Shown: positions 26,159 to 26,168 of the stretch, piece by piece | Layout of the letters: each line of letters begins with the position of its first letter | Position numbering within the stretch: the stretch's first letter is position 1 | Virus record (IMG/VR): IMGVR_UViG_3300016467_000186 | Location: 1-26,168 of that record | Direction: 5' to 3' (one strand) | Source: a virus | Taxonomy: Duplodnaviria; Caudoviricetes | Length of the DNA stretch: 26,168 nucleotides | Notes under the pieces: model-generated | The model's input: the letters and a program-made list of their open reading frames with translations, nothing else | Database searches by the model: none | Told to the model about the DNA's origin: nothing | Made by a program: the position numbers and the translations under genes

Positions 26159-26168
26159 GCGATAGGGG

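Noticed and set aside
1-26168. CRISPR array, tRNA, rRNA, intron or intein
   Set aside because: No regularly spaced repeats or cloverleaf seen; intergenic space is minimal; terminase and portal are of normal length and uninterrupted.
1-26168. Stop-codon reassignment
   Set aside because: Genes are full length in the standard code and TAA, TAG and TGA all terminate genes at expected positions.

Overview
The window is the complete morphogenesis and lysis arm of a lambda-like, cos-type siphophage, read almost entirely on the minus strand. A DUF3380 endolysin and a lipoprotein suggest a Gram-negative host. From right to left it carries a lambda-like cos (cosQ plus cosN dyad), ParB-N/DNA methyltransferase, small and large terminase, gpW-like adaptor, lambda-family portal, and a 960-aa multi-module/prohead protease/HK97 capsid fusion ending in a terminator. 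Next comes an inserted, AT-rich plus-strand three-gene cassette and a 47-bp dyad holding mirror-image sigma70 promoters, followed by a sialyltransferase/Maf-fold gene. The tail block has head-tail joining, terminator and tube genes, a tail chaperone with a -1 frameshift, tape measure, Dit, tail tip genes and two fibre/receptor-binding genes. A membrane-protein-rich lysis cluster and convergent small plus-strand genes close the left edge. The most unusual elements are the cassette with its symmetric bidirectional promoter, the apparent capsid polyprotein with an internal start, the glycosyltransferase-like gene among the head genes, and a signal-peptide-like N-terminus on the central tail tip protein. 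All family assignments come from motif recognition by eye, not database searches.
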